Below are positions 22,887-33,286 of a DNA stretch of 64,000 nucleotides, piece by piece. A program made the position numbers and the translations under genes. Below the pieces are notes generated by a model. That model had not been told where the DNA came from. It did no database searches and saw only the letters and a program-made list of their open reading frames with translations. The stretch is from an uncultured Gammaproteobacteria bacterium. GTDB lineage: Bacteria > Patescibacteriota > Microgenomatia > Woykebacterales > RBG-16-39-9b. The number at the start of each line of letters is the position of its first letter. Positions within the stretch are counted from its first letter, which is position 1. The stretch spans positions 209,739 through 273,738 of the forward strand of contig OZ246414.1 of the NCBI GenBank assembly GCA_965231125.1, in the 5' to 3' direction.

Positions 22887-22996
22887 ATTTTAATCTCTGC
22901 GCAGAGCCTACCGAGATAAAGATTACATCTTTATCTCTGTGCCGACTATGAAATCAAAATGTAATTTTGATTTCTGCGAAGACTAAGAAATCAAAT
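22871..22996. repeat. Tandem array of palindromes built from the rpsJ 3' end (3 full units and 1 half unit)
   Basis: Perfect 11-12 bp stems at 22871-22898, 22913-22937 and 22950-22974, each followed by TGYG. Confidence 0.9.
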
Positions 22997-23052
22997 ATTA
23001 TGAGCGGTATGTAGATCAATTTTAAATAACAAGAGCAATAAAAAAGATTTAT

Positions 23053-23078
23053 GGACCGAAAGGTCTTTTTTGTTTTTT
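23053..23078 (+). terminator. Short hairpin plus T-tract upstream of rplC
   Basis: GGACC-GAAA-GGTCT followed by a T-rich run. Confidence 0.45.
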
Positions 23079-23084
23079 AAAGTT

Positions 23085-23900
23085 ATGGTAAAAGGTTTAA
23101 TTGCTAAAAAACTAAATATGGGTCAAGTTTTTGATTCACACGGCCGGGCAGTTCCGGTTACAAGGGTCTTAGTTGAGCCAAACTATATAATTCAGATTAA
23201 AACGGAAGATGCGGACGGTTATAAAGCTGTGCAACTAGGGTCTGGTGAAGCAAAGAGGGTCAGTAAGCCACTGGCCCAGCATATTAAGAAAGCAGGATTA
23301 ACAAATCTGCCACGGGTTTTTAAAGAATTTAGATTTGACGGTGATGTTAAGTTAGGTCAAGAGATTAAAGTGGATGAAGTTTTTCATAAAGGAGTTTTGG
23401 TAGACGCTATTGGAATTTCTAAAGGTAAAGGCTTTGCTGGGGTAGTCAAACGGTATGGTTTTGCTGGTGGTCCCAGAACCCACGGACAATCGGATAGAGA
23501 AAGAGCTCCAGGATCTATTGGAGCTACAACTACACCAGGAAGAGTCTATAAAGGGACAAAGATGGCCGGCCACATGGGGGCGGATAGAGTGAAGATGATG
23601 GGTTTAGAAATCGTAGATATAGACGAAGAAAAAAAGGTTTTGAGTATTAAAGGTTCAGTTCCAGGACCAACTGGGAGTTTAATAATTCTTGAAAAATCGG
23701 CAAAGAAAAAGAAGAAATATCATGAACCAGAGATTCCTCAGGTGCCCCATCTTGGTGGCTCGGAAGAGGAAAAATCTGAAGAAAGTAGCCAGGCGGGAGA
23801 GCCTAAAGAATCTTCGCCTGGGCAGCCCAGCGAAGTGGTAAATAAGGAGCAACCTAAACAGACGTCTGCCCAAGAAGTAAAGGAGGAAGCAAATGGCTAA
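23085..23900 (+). CDS. rplC: 50S ribosomal protein L3 with acidic C-terminal extension
   Basis: SKGKGFAGVVKR, HGQSDRERAPGSIG, MAGHMG. Confidence 0.98.
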   Translation: MVKGLIAKKLNMGQVFDSHGRAVPVTRVLVEPNYIIQIKTEDADGYKAVQLGSGEAKRVSKPLAQHIKKAGLTNLPRVFKEFRFDGDVKLGQEIKVDEVFHKGVLVDAIGISKGKGFAGVVKRYGFAGGPRTHGQSDRERAPGSIGATTTPGRVYKGTKMAGHMGADRVKMMGLEIVDIDEEKKVLSIKGSVPGPTGSLIILEKSAKKKKKYHEPEIPQVPHLGGSEEEKSEESSQAGEPKESSPGQPSEVVNKEQPKQTSAQEVKEEANG

Positions 23901-24594
23901 GGAAGTTACGAAAAAGAAAGAAACTAAAAAACTTCCCAAAAAGGACGTGGGCCCAGCCGCACCTTTATTTAACCAAAAAGGGGAAGCTTTAGGCGAAATT
24001 TCTTTAGACAAAGAAATTTTTGGGAACAAATTGAATGAGAGTTTAATTAACCAGTCTATCAGAGTCTACTTGGCAAATCAGAAGAAAGGGACTGCCTCAA
24101 CTAAGACTCGGGCAGAAGTTTCCGGTGGTGGAGCAAAGCCTTGGAAGCAAAAAGGAACTGGTCGCGCTCGCGCGGGATCAATTCGGGCTCCTCATTGGAG
24201 AGGCGGCGGTGTAGTTCATGGTCCAAGGTCAGGACATGTTAAGCTCTCGTTACCGAAAAAAATGAGACGAAAAGCACTACTTTCAGCCCTATCAGCAAAG
24301 GCAGTGGGTAGTGAGATTATTGTCCTTGAAGAGCTGAAATTTAAAGAGCCTAAAACAAAAACAGCTGCCAAATTAATTGAGAAACTGCCGGTTAAAGGTA
24401 AAAGCTTGGTAGTTTTAGACGAAAAAAATGAAACCACTCAAAAATCGCTAAGGAATTTGACGCAGGTTAGCTTTGACCAAGTTCAAAATTTAAATACGTT
24501 TAGTGTTTTAAATTCAGATAACCTAATTATTACTAAAAATTCTTTGGATAAAATGCGCAAGTTTTACTTAGGAGAAGCCAATGGAGCCAAATAA
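23893..24594 (+). CDS. rplD: 50S ribosomal protein L4
   Basis: TKTRAEVSGGG.KPWKQKGTGRARAGSIR. Confidence 0.98.
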   Translation: MAKEVTKKKETKKLPKKDVGPAAPLFNQKGEALGEISLDKEIFGNKLNESLINQSIRVYLANQKKGTASTKTRAEVSGGGAKPWKQKGTGRARAGSIRAPHWRGGGVVHGPRSGHVKLSLPKKMRRKALLSALSAKAVGSEIIVLEELKFKEPKTKTAAKLIEKLPVKGKSLVVLDEKNETTQKSLRNLTQVSFDQVQNLNTFSVLNSDNLIITKNSLDKMRKFYLGEANGAK

Positions 24595-24874
24595 GGTTAT
24601 TATAAGACCGATAATTTCTGAGGCAGCTCTTAAGGAACTTGAGGCGAATAAATACGTTTTTGAGGTTCAAAAGAAGGCTAATAAAAAAGAAATTGCGAGA
24701 GCAGTAAAAGAACATTTTGGTGTAGATGCACTTGTGGTTAGAACTAGAATTATAAAAGGACGTTCTCGTCGCGGTTTAGGTAAGAGAGCGCGCACCGCCG
24801 CAAGTCCATTAAAAAAAGCGACGGTGTTAATCGGTAAAGATCAAAAAATAGATATTTTTGAAGCAAAGAAGTAA
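24581..24874 (+). CDS. rplW: 50S ribosomal protein L23
   Basis: IRPIISE, YVFEV..ANK.EI..AV, KKA.V; operon position. Confidence 0.95.
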   Translation: MEPNKVIIRPIISEAALKELEANKYVFEVQKKANKKEIARAVKEHFGVDALVVRTRIIKGRSRRGLGKRARTAASPLKKATVLIGKDQKIDIFEAKK

Positions 24875-24889
24875 GGCAGCAAAACATTT

Positions 24890-25717
24890 ATGGCGATTAA
24901 AAAGTTACCAGGTAAAAAAAATGCAAGAAGATTTATGACTTCTGTTGTGGCAGAGGTTACTCGGGCTGAGCCGTTAAAATCTCTTACCCACGCGCTGTCA
25001 AAAACAGGGGGTAGGGATGCTTCTGGAAAAGTTAGTGTGCGACACATTGGCGGACGCCACAAGAGACTTTATCGGGCAGTAGATTTTAAAAGGGATAAAT
25101 TTAATATACCGGCCAAAGTGGTTTCTATTGAATACGATCCAAACCGGACCGCTTTTATCGCCCAGCTAAATTTTGTAGACGGCGAAAAGCGCTACATTAT
25201 TGCCCCAGACACTTTAAAAGTGGGTGATAAAGTTATTTCTGGCGAAAACGTGGAGATTAGTTCGGGCAACAGCTTACCGTTGAAAAATATACCTGTCGGC
25301 ACCACGGTTCATAATATCGAGTTGACTCCTGGTAGAGGTGGGCAAATAGCAAGAAGTGCCGGTACCAATGCTACTTTAATGGCAAAGGAAGGGGGCCTTG
25401 CTCATTTAAAAATGCCTTCCGGAGAAGTGCGCAAGGTTTCGCATGATGGGTTAGCAACAATTGGAGTGGTAAGCAAAGTAGATTGGAAAAACGTTATTTT
25501 TGGTAAAGCTGGAAGGAAAAGACACATGGGTATTAGACCAACGGTGCGAGGGGTGGCAATGTCACCGCGGGATCACCCTCATGGTGGCGGTGAGGGTAGA
25601 AGTGGAATTGGTATGAGTTCACCAAAAAGCCCTTGGGGCAAGCCGACCTTAGGTAAAAAAACAAGAAAAAAGAACAAACATTCAGGCGGTTTAATAATTG
25701 AAAGGAGAAAGAAATAA
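24890..25717 (+). CDS. rplB: 50S ribosomal protein L2
   Basis: [25 protein letters not shown]. Confidence 0.99.
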   Translation: MAIKKLPGKKNARRFMTSVVAEVTRAEPLKSLTHALSKTGGRDASGKVSVRHIGGRHKRLYRAVDFKRDKFNIPAKVVSIEYDPNRTAFIAQLNFVDGEKRYIIAPDTLKVGDKVISGENVEISSGNSLPLKNIPVGTTVHNIELTPGRGGQIARSAGTNATLMAKEGGLAHLKMPSGEVRKVSHDGLATIGVVSKVDWKNVIFGKAGRKRHMGIRPTVRGVAMSPRDHPHGGGEGRSGIGMSSPKSPWGKPTLGKKTRKKNKHSGGLIIERRKK

Positions 25718-26001
25718 TGGGAAGATCTCTTAGAAAAGGTCCCTATGTGGATCAAAAATTGTTAAAAAAAATAAAAAGCGCCAAAGAAGCTGGGTCCAGG
25801 GAACCTATAAAGACTTGGGCACGGCGTTCGCAAATATCACCAGATATGGTCGGAGTAACTTTAGCGGTGCATAACGGCAAGAACTTTGTTCCTGTGTTTG
25901 TTACTGAAACTATGGTTGGTCACCGGTTAGGAGAGTTTTCTGCTACCCGTAGTTTCAAAGGCCACGGGACGGTAGCTAAGAGAACTCTGACCCCAACGTA
26001 A
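25717..26001 (+). CDS. rpsS: 30S ribosomal protein S19
   Basis: [24 protein letters not shown]. Confidence 0.99.
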   Translation: MGRSLRKGPYVDQKLLKKIKSAKEAGSREPIKTWARRSQISPDMVGVTLAVHNGKNFVPVFVTETMVGHRLGEFSATRSFKGHGTVAKRTLTPT

Positions 26002-26014
26002 TGGTTGCGTATCT

Positions 26015-26368
26015 ATGAACATTGAAGCAAAAGCTAAAAATTTAAGAATATCACCAAGGAAAGTAAGGTTAGTAGCCGAGAATTTTTCTGGCCGGAAGGC
26101 GGTAGAAGCCTTGGAATCACTACGCTTTGTTAATAAAAGTGCAGCTCGCCCACTTTCAAAAGTAATTAAATCGGCTATAAGTAACGCGACTAACAACAAT
26201 AAGCTTGATGAGAAAAAACTTATTATTAAAGAAATAATTGTGGATGAAGGGCCTAGACTTAAGCGGTATATACCAAGAAGTAGAGGTATGGCCCACCCAA
26301 TTTTAAAGCGGACCTCACATATTAAGGTAGTAGTCTCAGAGGAGGAAATTAATGGGACAAAAAGTTAA
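26015..26368 (+). CDS. rplV: 50S ribosomal protein L22
   Basis: RISPRKVRLV, SA..NA, KRTSHI. Confidence 0.98.
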   Translation: MNIEAKAKNLRISPRKVRLVAENFSGRKAVEALESLRFVNKSAARPLSKVIKSAISNATNNNKLDEKKLIIKEIIVDEGPRLKRYIPRSRGMAHPILKRTSHIKVVVSEEEINGTKS

Positions 26369-26999
26369 TCCTCGCGCATTTAGGTTGCCAACAAATTATC
26401 AATGGAGCGCAAATTGGATTGCCGATAACAAGAAGTATAAAGATTATGTTGCCCAGGATAGTAAGATCCGAAAGTTTGTTATGGCTAGGTTAAAAAACGC
26501 TGGAGTCGCGAACGTTGTTATTGAACGTTCGATCAATAAGATAAATGTTATTGTTCACGTTTCTCGTCCCGGAATGGTTATTGGTCGGTCTGGTCAAGGC
26601 GTTGAGGAACTAAGGAAGAATTTGGATGAATTGATTGGTCAAAAGATAAGTTTAAATGTGGAAGAAGTGAGAAACCCAGATTTGAATGCCTATCTAGTGG
26701 CGGTTTCGGTTGCAGATCAGATTGAAAAGAGAATGCCAGTGAAAAAAATTATGGCTCAGTCGGTATCTCGAGTTATGAGATCGGGTGCCAAGGGGGTAAA
26801 AATAATTTGCAGTGGTAGGCTTGGCGGAAGAGAAATTGCCGGTAGAGAGAAGTTAGTTGAAGGAAGCGTTCCTTTGCAGACTTTAAGGGCCAATATAGAT
26901 TTTGCTAGCGTACCGGCGAAAACAGCAACCGCTGGTGTAGTTGGTGTTAAAGTGTGGATCTACAAGGAAAAAGAACAAAAGAAAGGTACACGAGAATAA
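26352..26999 (+). CDS. rpsC: 30S ribosomal protein S3
   Basis: [31 protein letters not shown]. Confidence 0.98.
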   Translation: MGQKVNPRAFRLPTNYQWSANWIADNKKYKDYVAQDSKIRKFVMARLKNAGVANVVIERSINKINVIVHVSRPGMVIGRSGQGVEELRKNLDELIGQKISLNVEEVRNPDLNAYLVAVSVADQIEKRMPVKKIMAQSVSRVMRSGAKGVKIICSGRLGGREIAGREKLVEGSVPLQTLRANIDFASVPAKTATAGVVGVKVWIYKEKEQKKGTRE

Positions 27000-27001
27000 T
27001 T

Positions 27002-27418
27002 ATGTTACAGCCAAAACGAGTAAAATTTAGAAGGGCTTTTAGAGGGAGTAGATCTGGTGTGGCTACTCGGGGATCGACTATTAACTTTGGTGATTTTGCT
27101 TTGAAGTCTCAAGAAGCAGCTTGGGTAAGTGCTAGACAAATAGAAGCAGCCCGCCGCGCAATTACCCACTATACAAAAAGGGGCGGTAGGCTTTGGATAA
27201 GAATTTTTCCGGATAAGCCTGTTTCCAAAAAACCACCTGAGACTAGAATGGGTTCTGGAAAAGGAGCCGTGGATCACTACGCTGCCGTAGTAAAACCGGG
27301 AACTATATTGTTTGAGATCGGTGGAGTTACAAAAGATATTGCGGAGGAAGCTTTAAGGCTAGCAGCCAGAAAATTGCCGGTTGATTCAAAAATTGTGAGT
27401 AAAGAGGAAATACTATGA
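27002..27418 (+). CDS. rplP: 50S ribosomal protein L16
   Basis: [29 protein letters not shown]. Confidence 0.98.
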   Translation: MLQPKRVKFRRAFRGSRSGVATRGSTINFGDFALKSQEAAWVSARQIEAARRAITHYTKRGGRLWIRIFPDKPVSKKPPETRMGSGKGAVDHYAAVVKPGTILFEIGGVTKDIAEEALRLAARKLPVDSKIVSKEEIL

Positions 27419-27609
27419 AAAAGATAGATGTAACCGGAAAAGATAAAAAAGAACTGGAGTCTATTCTTGAAAAGACACAGAAAGAAATTTTGGATCTTAA
27501 AATGGAAAACAGTTTAGGTAAACTTAGTAACCCTCGTGTAATTGGGCTGAAAAGAAAAGAAATTGCCCGCCTTTCAACTAGAATTAGGCAGCTGGAGGTT
27601 AAAGCATGA
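27415..27609 (+). CDS. rpmC: 50S ribosomal protein L29
   Basis: L.NP..I...RKEIAR..T; operon position. Confidence 0.9.
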   Translation: MKKIDVTGKDKKELESILEKTQKEILDLKMENSLGKLSNPRVIGLKRKEIARLSTRIRQLEVKA

Positions 27610-27824
27610 TAGGCTACGTTTTAAGTAAAAAATTAGAAAAAACGGCGGTTGTGGTTATTGAGCGAGTAAAACCACACCCTCTCTATAAGAAGCAGATTAG
27701 AACAAGAAAAAAATATCTTGTTCATGACAGTCTTGGAGTCAAAGAAGGCGATAAAGTGAAAATCGCTCAAACTCGTCCAATTTCAAAGAGGAAGCATTAC
27801 AAAATAGTGGAGGTTGTGAAATGA
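27606..27824 (+). CDS. rpsQ: 30S ribosomal protein S17
   Basis: KTAVV, HPLYKK, VHD, TRPISK.K. Confidence 0.97.
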   Translation: MIGYVLSKKLEKTAVVVIERVKPHPLYKKQIRTRKKYLVHDSLGVKEGDKVKIAQTRPISKRKHYKIVEVVK

Positions 27825-28189
27825 TTCAGTCGAGAAGCATGCTGAATGTGGCTGATAACTCAGGGGCGAAAAGTTTAATGGTTATTGGAATTCCGGGAAA
27901 GAATAATAAAAAAGTTGCTCGTATGGGCGATGTTGTTACCGCAGTGGTAAAAAAGGCAAACGCGGAAGGAGCTGTTAAAGAGTCAGAAATAGTGAAGGCT
28001 TTAGTTGTCCGGGCTAGAAAAGAAAAAAGGCGCGAAGACGGCTCTTACATAAGATTTGACGATAACGCGGCTGTAGTTATTGATAATACAGGGTCCCCAC
28101 GTGGGACCAGAATTTTTGGACCAGTTGCCAGGGAAGTTAGAGATAGAGGATTTTTGAAGATAGTTTCACTGGCCCAGGAGGTAGTTTAG
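27821..28189 (+). CDS. rplN: 50S ribosomal protein L14
   Basis: [28 protein letters not shown]. Confidence 0.99.
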   Translation: MIQSRSMLNVADNSGAKSLMVIGIPGKNNKKVARMGDVVTAVVKKANAEGAVKESEIVKALVVRARKEKRREDGSYIRFDDNAAVVIDNTGSPRGTRIFGPVAREVRDRGFLKIVSLAQEVV

Positions 28190-28494
28190 TGAAGTTTAAA
28201 ATTGGGGATTCAGTTATAGTTACAGCCGGTAAAGATAAGTCGAAGGTGGGAAAGATTGAAAGAGTCTACCCGAAGCTTTATAAAGTGCTTGTTGCTGGAG
28301 TTAATATTTACAAAAGACACAAAAAATCTACTGGTAAAACTCTTCAAGGAGGGATTATCGATATAACAAAACCCTTACCGGTGGCTAATGTCGCTTTAGT
28401 CTGCCCAAAATGTAACTTACCAACTAGAGTTGGTTACAGAATTGAAGGCAAAGAAAAACTAAGAGTTTGCAAAAAGTGTAAACAAGCTATATAA
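28189..28494 (+). CDS. rplX: 50S ribosomal protein L24
   Basis: KOW motif GD.V.V.AGKDK, GVN, CPKC..PTRVG. Confidence 0.97.
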   Translation: MKFKIGDSVIVTAGKDKSKVGKIERVYPKLYKVLVAGVNIYKRHKKSTGKTLQGGIIDITKPLPVANVALVCPKCNLPTRVGYRIEGKEKLRVCKKCKQAI

Positions 28495-28504
28495 GTCAAA
28501 CACT

Positions 28505-29041
28505 ATGGAAACTTTATTGGAAACAAAAGAAAAATCGGCAAAAGATTTAAATGTAAAAAATATTTTTGCTGTACCTAAAATCGAAAAAATTGTGTTAAAT
28601 GTCGGTTTTGGCGGCCTATCTGGCGATCAAAAGATACAAGAGGCTGTGGCCGCTGGCTTAAAAAAAATAACGGGCCAAGCCCCCTCCTTAACTGCAGCAA
28701 AAAAAGCAATTGCTTCTTTTAAAATCAGGAAAGGGCAAGTGATTGGTGCTAAAGTAACTTTGCGAGGCAAAAAATCTGACGATTTTTTCCGTAAGCTGGT
28801 GAGTATTGTCTTACCGAGAATGCGAGATTTTCGAGGAGTTTCGGCTCGCTCATTTGATGGACAAGGTAACTACACGTTGGGTTTTAGGGAATTTAACGTC
28901 TTTCCTGAGATCGACTATAGTAAAGGTGAAAAACAATTTGGTTTGGAAATAACAATAAAAACTACGGCTAAAACCGACGAAGAGGCCCGAAAACTTTTAG
29001 AAGGATTGGGAATGCGTTTCCAAAAGGAGAAGTTAAAGTAA
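28505..29041 (+). CDS. rplE: 50S ribosomal protein L5
   Basis: [29 protein letters not shown]. Confidence 0.98.
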   Translation: METLLETKEKSAKDLNVKNIFAVPKIEKIVLNVGFGGLSGDQKIQEAVAAGLKKITGQAPSLTAAKKAIASFKIRKGQVIGAKVTLRGKKSDDFFRKLVSIVLPRMRDFRGVSARSFDGQGNYTLGFREFNVFPEIDYSKGEKQFGLEITIKTTAKTDEEARKLLEGLGMRFQKEKLK

Positions 29042-29045
29042 TAAG

Positions 29046-29231
29046 ATGGCTAGAAAATCTTTAATTGAAAAAGCAAAAAGAACACCTAAATTTTCTGTTA
29101 GAGGCCGCAACCGGTGTTTAATTTGTGGACGGCCTCGCGGCTACATGCGAAAATTTGGGCTTTGTAGAATTTGTTTTAGGCAAGCAGCTCACAAAGGGGA
29201 ACTGCCTGGAGTTGTGAAAGCGAGTTGGTAA
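29046..29231 (+). CDS. rpsN: 30S ribosomal protein S14 (Zn-binding type)
   Basis: RC.ICGRPR...[18 protein letters not shown]. Confidence 0.98.
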   Translation: MARKSLIEKAKRTPKFSVRGRNRCLICGRPRGYMRKFGLCRICFRQAAHKGELPGVVKASW

Positions 29232-29234
29232 GAT

Positions 29235-29621
29235 ATGGATGCAATCGGCGATATGTTAACAAGTATTCGTAACGGTTATATGAGTAGAAAAGAATCAGTA
29301 ATCGTCCCGCACTCAAAACTTAAATTATCGGTGGCAAATAAGCTTGCCGACCTTTCTTTTGTTGAGAAAGTATCTGTAGAAGGTGAGGGAGCGGTTAAAA
29401 ATTTAAATATTCAGTTGAAGTATACGGGTGGTAGTCCAGCTTTAAGTCGTTTGAAGAGAATTTCGAAACCAGGTTTGAGGATTTACTCTCCGAAAAAAAG
29501 TCTCAAACCAGTACTCCGGGGTTTAGGATACGTGTTGCTTTCAACCCCCAAGGGTATTTTAACTAATAAAGAAGCCGTCAAAGAAGGTATTGGCGGAGAA
29601 GTTATTTGTGAGGTTTGGTAA
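29235..29621 (+). CDS. rpsH: 30S ribosomal protein S8
   Basis: D.IGDMLT.IRN, ISKPGLRIY, STPKG, GGEVIC.VW. Confidence 0.98.
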   Translation: MDAIGDMLTSIRNGYMSRKESVIVPHSKLKLSVANKLADLSFVEKVSVEGEGAVKNLNIQLKYTGGSPALSRLKRISKPGLRIYSPKKSLKPVLRGLGYVLLSTPKGILTNKEAVKEGIGGEVICEVW

Positions 29622-29622
29622 T

Positions 29623-30168
29623 ATGAGTAAAATAGGCAATCAGCCAATAAAAATTCCGGCTGGTGTTGAAGTAAAATCCGAAAAGCACTATGTGGTTGTA
29701 AAAGGCCCTGGCGGTGAGCTCCAAGTAAGGGTTCCCAGTGGTATTACAGTTACCCAAAAGGAAGACCAAGTGGTAGTTGCAAGAGATAGTGACGAACGAC
29801 AGTCAAAAGCAAATCATGGTTTGATTAGAAGTCTGGTTAACAACGCCGTCGTTGGTGTTTCCGAGGGTTTTAAAAAAACACTTGAGCTTTCCGGTGTTGG
29901 ATTTAGAGCAGCGTTGTCACAAGATAAACTTGTCTTATCCATCGGGTTTTCACATCCAGTTGAGGTAGAAAAACCAGAAGGGGTAAACTTCACCGTTTCT
30001 GAAAATAAAATTACAATTTCTGGAGCGAGTAAAGAATTGGTTGGGGACGTTGCTAGTAAAATAAGAAAATTACGACCACCGGAGCCTTACAAAGGTAAGG
30101 GAATAAAATACGAAGGTGAGATAGTAAGGAGAAAAGCTGGTAAAGCCCAAGCCGCAACTACTTCATGA
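29623..30168 (+). CDS. rplF: 50S ribosomal protein L6
   Basis: MSKIG..PI, GVGFRA, GFSHP, RPPEPYKGKGI. Confidence 0.98.
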   Translation: MSKIGNQPIKIPAGVEVKSEKHYVVVKGPGGELQVRVPSGITVTQKEDQVVVARDSDERQSKANHGLIRSLVNNAVVGVSEGFKKTLELSGVGFRAALSQDKLVLSIGFSHPVEVEKPEGVNFTVSENKITISGASKELVGDVASKIRKLRPPEPYKGKGIKYEGEIVRRKAGKAQAATTS

Positions 30169-30509
30169 TAAGACCAAAAGGAACAATACTTAGAAAAAAA
30201 CGAGTGAGAGCAAAAATAGGTAGCTTGGAGAATCGAGCGCGTTTGAGTGTGTTTCGCTCGAATATTAATATTTACGGTTCATTAATTGAGGTAGGTTCTG
30301 GTAAGACAATAATTTCAATTGGTAGTAAGGATTTGAAGAAAAAATTGGAGAATAAAATTGAAGAAGCTTTTGAAACTGGGGTATTGCTTGGGGAGAAGGC
30401 TAAAGAAAAGAAAATAAAAAAAGTGGTCTTTGACAGAGGTAGCTATAAGTATCACGGGAGAGTAAAAGCTTTTGCAGAAGGTGCCAGAAAGGCAGGTTTA
30501 GTTTTCTGA
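30165..30509 (+). CDS. rplR: 50S ribosomal protein L18
   Basis: [23 protein letters not shown]. Confidence 0.98.
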   Translation: MIRPKGTILRKKRVRAKIGSLENRARLSVFRSNINIYGSLIEVGSGKTIISIGSKDLKKKLENKIEEAFETGVLLGEKAKEKKIKKVVFDRGSYKYHGRVKAFAEGARKAGLVF

Positions 30510-31027
30510 TGGAAGAATACATACCAGAAGAATTTGAGGAAAAGATAGTTCAAGTCAATAGAGTGTCGAAAAAAACCAAAGGCGGCAATCGAATCGGATT
30601 TTCCGTAGTGGTTGTTGTTGGTGACAAGAAGGGTAAGGTTGGTGTTGGACTGGGCAAAGCCCCAACTGTCCAATCAGCTATTAAAAAGGGATCTGCATTT
30701 GCTAAAAAGCACTTAATAAAAGTACCTATGATGGGGACAACGATCCCTCACGAAATTTTCATAAAAAAAGGTGCAGCTAAGGTACTTTTAAAACCAGCCT
30801 CAACTGGTACTGGTGTTATCGCGGGTGGTGCAGTTAGAGCTGTTGTTGAGGCGGCTGGTGTAAAAGATATATTATCAAAAGTACTTGGCACATCAAACCA
30901 AGCGTCGAATGTTTACGCCACCCTTGAAGCTTTAAGACAGTTAAAAGAGAGGAAAGAAAAAACTTTAAAAGTTAAGGCGGCTCCAAAAAAGAAGGCAGCT
31001 ATAAGGGAAGTAGTTGGTCAGGAATAG
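30509..31027 (+). CDS. rpsE: 30S ribosomal protein S5
   Basis: [27 protein letters not shown]. Confidence 0.98.
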   Translation: MEEYIPEEFEEKIVQVNRVSKKTKGGNRIGFSVVVVVGDKKGKVGVGLGKAPTVQSAIKKGSAFAKKHLIKVPMMGTTIPHEIFIKKGAAKVLLKPASTGTGVIAGGAVRAVVEAAGVKDILSKVLGTSNQASNVYATLEALRQLKERKEKTLKVKAAPKKKAAIREVVGQE

Positions 31028-31030
31028 ATT

Positions 31031-31465
31031 ATGAAACTTTCGTCTTTAAAAAGCTTAAAAAGTGGTGCAAGAGCCGCAAAAAGGGTTGGCCGCGGTGAAT
31101 CTTCTGGGAAGGGTAAAACTGCGGGCCGCGGTATGAAAGGTCAAAAAGCAAGAGGCGCAGTTAAACCAGAATTTGAGGGTGGGCAACTTCCGATAATCAA
31201 GAGACTACCTTTCCAAAAAGGCGTTGGGAATAAACCCTCTAAACAGGCTTTCACTATTACTTTGAGAGACCTTTCAAAATTAAAAGAGGGTGCTACTGTC
31301 GAGTTAAGAACTCTCAAGGAGGCTAATTTAATTCCGAAGCAGAATGTGAAAGTCAAAGTAGTCGCAACCGGCAACCTCACTAAAACTCTAGTGGTTAAAC
31401 TTCCAGTGACAAAGAAAGCTAAAGAGGCTATCGAAAAGGCAAAAGGAAAAGTCCTAAATGATTAA
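31031..31465 (+). CDS. rplO: 50S ribosomal protein L15
   Basis: KRVGRG.SSGKGKTAGRG.KGQ, FEGGQ.P. Confidence 0.98.
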   Translation: MKLSSLKSLKSGARAAKRVGRGESSGKGKTAGRGMKGQKARGAVKPEFEGGQLPIIKRLPFQKGVGNKPSKQAFTITLRDLSKLKEGATVELRTLKEANLIPKQNVKVKVVATGNLTKTLVVKLPVTKKAKEAIEKAKGKVLND

Positions 31466-32753
31466 AGTTTTATTGGATATTTGGAAAAGTCCAGACCTAC
31501 GCGGGAGAATTATTTTTACTTTGGCAGTGATTTTTATTGTCAGGGTTTTGGCTTTTATTCCCGTGCCAGGTGCAGATCCGACAGCTTTAAAAAATCTTTT
31601 TTCAGGCAGTCAATCACTCGGGCAGATATTAAATCTTCTGGATTTGTTTTCAGGAGGGACGCTGCTGCGTTTTTCAATAGTAGCGCTGGGTCTTAACCCT
31701 TACATAAATGCTTCGATTATTATGCAGCTTATGGGCATGGTAATTCCTCAGATTGAAGAACTCCAAAAAGAAGGTGAATATGGACGCCAAAAAATAAACC
31801 AGTACACGCGGATCCTCACCGTTCCACTTGCCTTGGTGCAATCGTACGGGGTAGTTATTTTAATTCGCCACACGGCGCCGCAGTTTTTAGGAGCCATCAA
31901 CCCACTTAGCTTAGTTACAATAATTTTAACTATGACAGCCGGAACAATTTTAATGATGTGGTTAGGAGAGATTATAACCGAACAAGGGATAGGCAACGGT
32001 ATATCGATATTAATCTTCGCAGGAATTGTTGCCCGCATCCCAATTAGTCTGGGGCAGACGGCTTCAATTTTTAACTCTCAAAACTTTTCTACAGTGGCCT
32101 TGCTTGTGGTTGTAGGACTAATTGTTATTGTAGCAACTGTGATAATTAACGAAGGTCAGCGTCGAGTTTTGGTACAGTACGCCAGGCGCGTTCGGGGCAA
32201 TCGGCTTTACGGCGGTCAAACCACCCACCTGCCAATTAGAGTAAATCAAGCGGGTGTAATACCTATTATTTTTGCTATCTCGTTAACATTGATTCCTACT
32301 ATGTTAGGGGCCTTTTTTTCAACCTCTTCAAACCAGGTAGTTGCTCACGCGGCAACGAGTATCCAAAATATTTTCAATAATACTTACTATAACAGCACAA
32401 TTTATTTTGTTCTGGTTCTTGTTTTTACCTACTTTTATACTGCAGTTACATTTAACCCAACTAAAGTCGCCGATGAAATAAAGAAGTATGGTGGTTTTAT
32501 CCCAGGGATAAGACCGGGCAAAGCAACAGCCGAATATTTAGGATTTATCTCAAACAGGATAACCTTATTGGGAGGAGTATTTTTGGGGTTAATTGCCGTA
32601 CTGCCGTTTATTGCTAGAGACGTAAGTGGTATAAGTACAATTGCTTTAGGAGGCACCGGACTCCTAATTGTTGTTTCGGTTGTTATTGAGACAGCTAAGC
32701 AACTTGAGTCGCAACTAATTATGCGCTCTTATGAAGGTTTTCTTTCTCGATGA
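31458..32753 (+). CDS. secY: Preprotein translocase subunit SecY
   Basis: ALGL.PYI.ASII.QL, GIGNGIS, GVIPIIFA, FIPGIRPG. Confidence 0.99.
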   Translation: MIKVLLDIWKSPDLRGRIIFTLAVIFIVRVLAFIPVPGADPTALKNLFSGSQSLGQILNLLDLFSGGTLLRFSIVALGLNPYINASIIMQLMGMVIPQIEELQKEGEYGRQKINQYTRILTVPLALVQSYGVVILIRHTAPQFLGAINPLSLVTIILTMTAGTILMMWLGEIITEQGIGNGISILIFAGIVARIPISLGQTASIFNSQNFSTVALLVVVGLIVIVATVIINEGQRRVLVQYARRVRGNRLYGGQTTHLPIRVNQAGVIPIIFAISLTLIPTMLGAFFSTSSNQVVAHAATSIQNIFNNTYYNSTIYFVLVLVFTYFYTAVTFNPTKVADEIKKYGGFIPGIRPGKATAEYLGFISNRITLLGGVFLGLIAVLPFIARDVSGISTIALGGTGLLIVVSVVIETAKQLESQLIMRSYEGFLSR

Positions 32754-33286
32754 ATATTTTAATCTTCGGAGTTCAAGGGTCTGGTAAAAGTACAGTTGGA
32801 CGTTATATCGCCAAAAAATTAAACATACCTTTCATCGCAACCGGGGATATCTTCAGAAAATTGAGAGAAGAACAATCTACGCTTGGCGGACTCGTGAGGG
32901 ACAAAATTGATAAAGGCTTTTTAGTTCTAGACGAACCAACTATGGGGATTGTCAATCAAAGATTGAACGAGAAAGACACGGAAAGCGGATTTGTGTTAGA
33001 TGGCGCGCCGCGAAATTTAAAACAGGTAGAGATGCTTAATAAAAATGTCGATCTACTCGTTTTGGTTAATTTGGATAAGAAAGAAGCAATTTCAAGGCTT
33101 TTAAACAGAGCTCGCCATGATGACACGAGAGAAGCAATCGAAAAAAGGATTTCATGGTATGAAGAACAAACAAAGCCGGTTATTGATTATTATAAAGGAA
33201 AAAACGTTAAGGTAACTACTGTAGATAACATGCCTGCCGAAGATTTGGTCAGAAAAAAAGTAGATGATTTATTTGAAGAATTCTAA
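32750..33286 (+). CDS. adk: Adenylate kinase family protein (short, LID-less)
   Basis: G.QGSGKST, TGDIFR, LDG.PR, R.DD; lies between secY and map. Confidence 0.9.
   Translation: MNILIFGVQGSGKSTVGRYIAKKLNIPFIATGDIFRKLREEQSTLGGLVRDKIDKGFLVLDEPTMGIVNQRLNEKDTESGFVLDGAPRNLKQVEMLNKNVDLLVLVNLDKKEAISRLLNRARHDDTREAIEKRISWYEEQTKPVIDYYKGKNVKVTTVDNMPAEDLVRKKVDDLFEEF

Noticed and set aside
22871-22996. CRISPR array reading of the rpsJ repeats
   Set aside because: The units differ from each other, the spacers are only about 12-14 bp, the repeat is the gene's own 3' end, and no cas genes are present.
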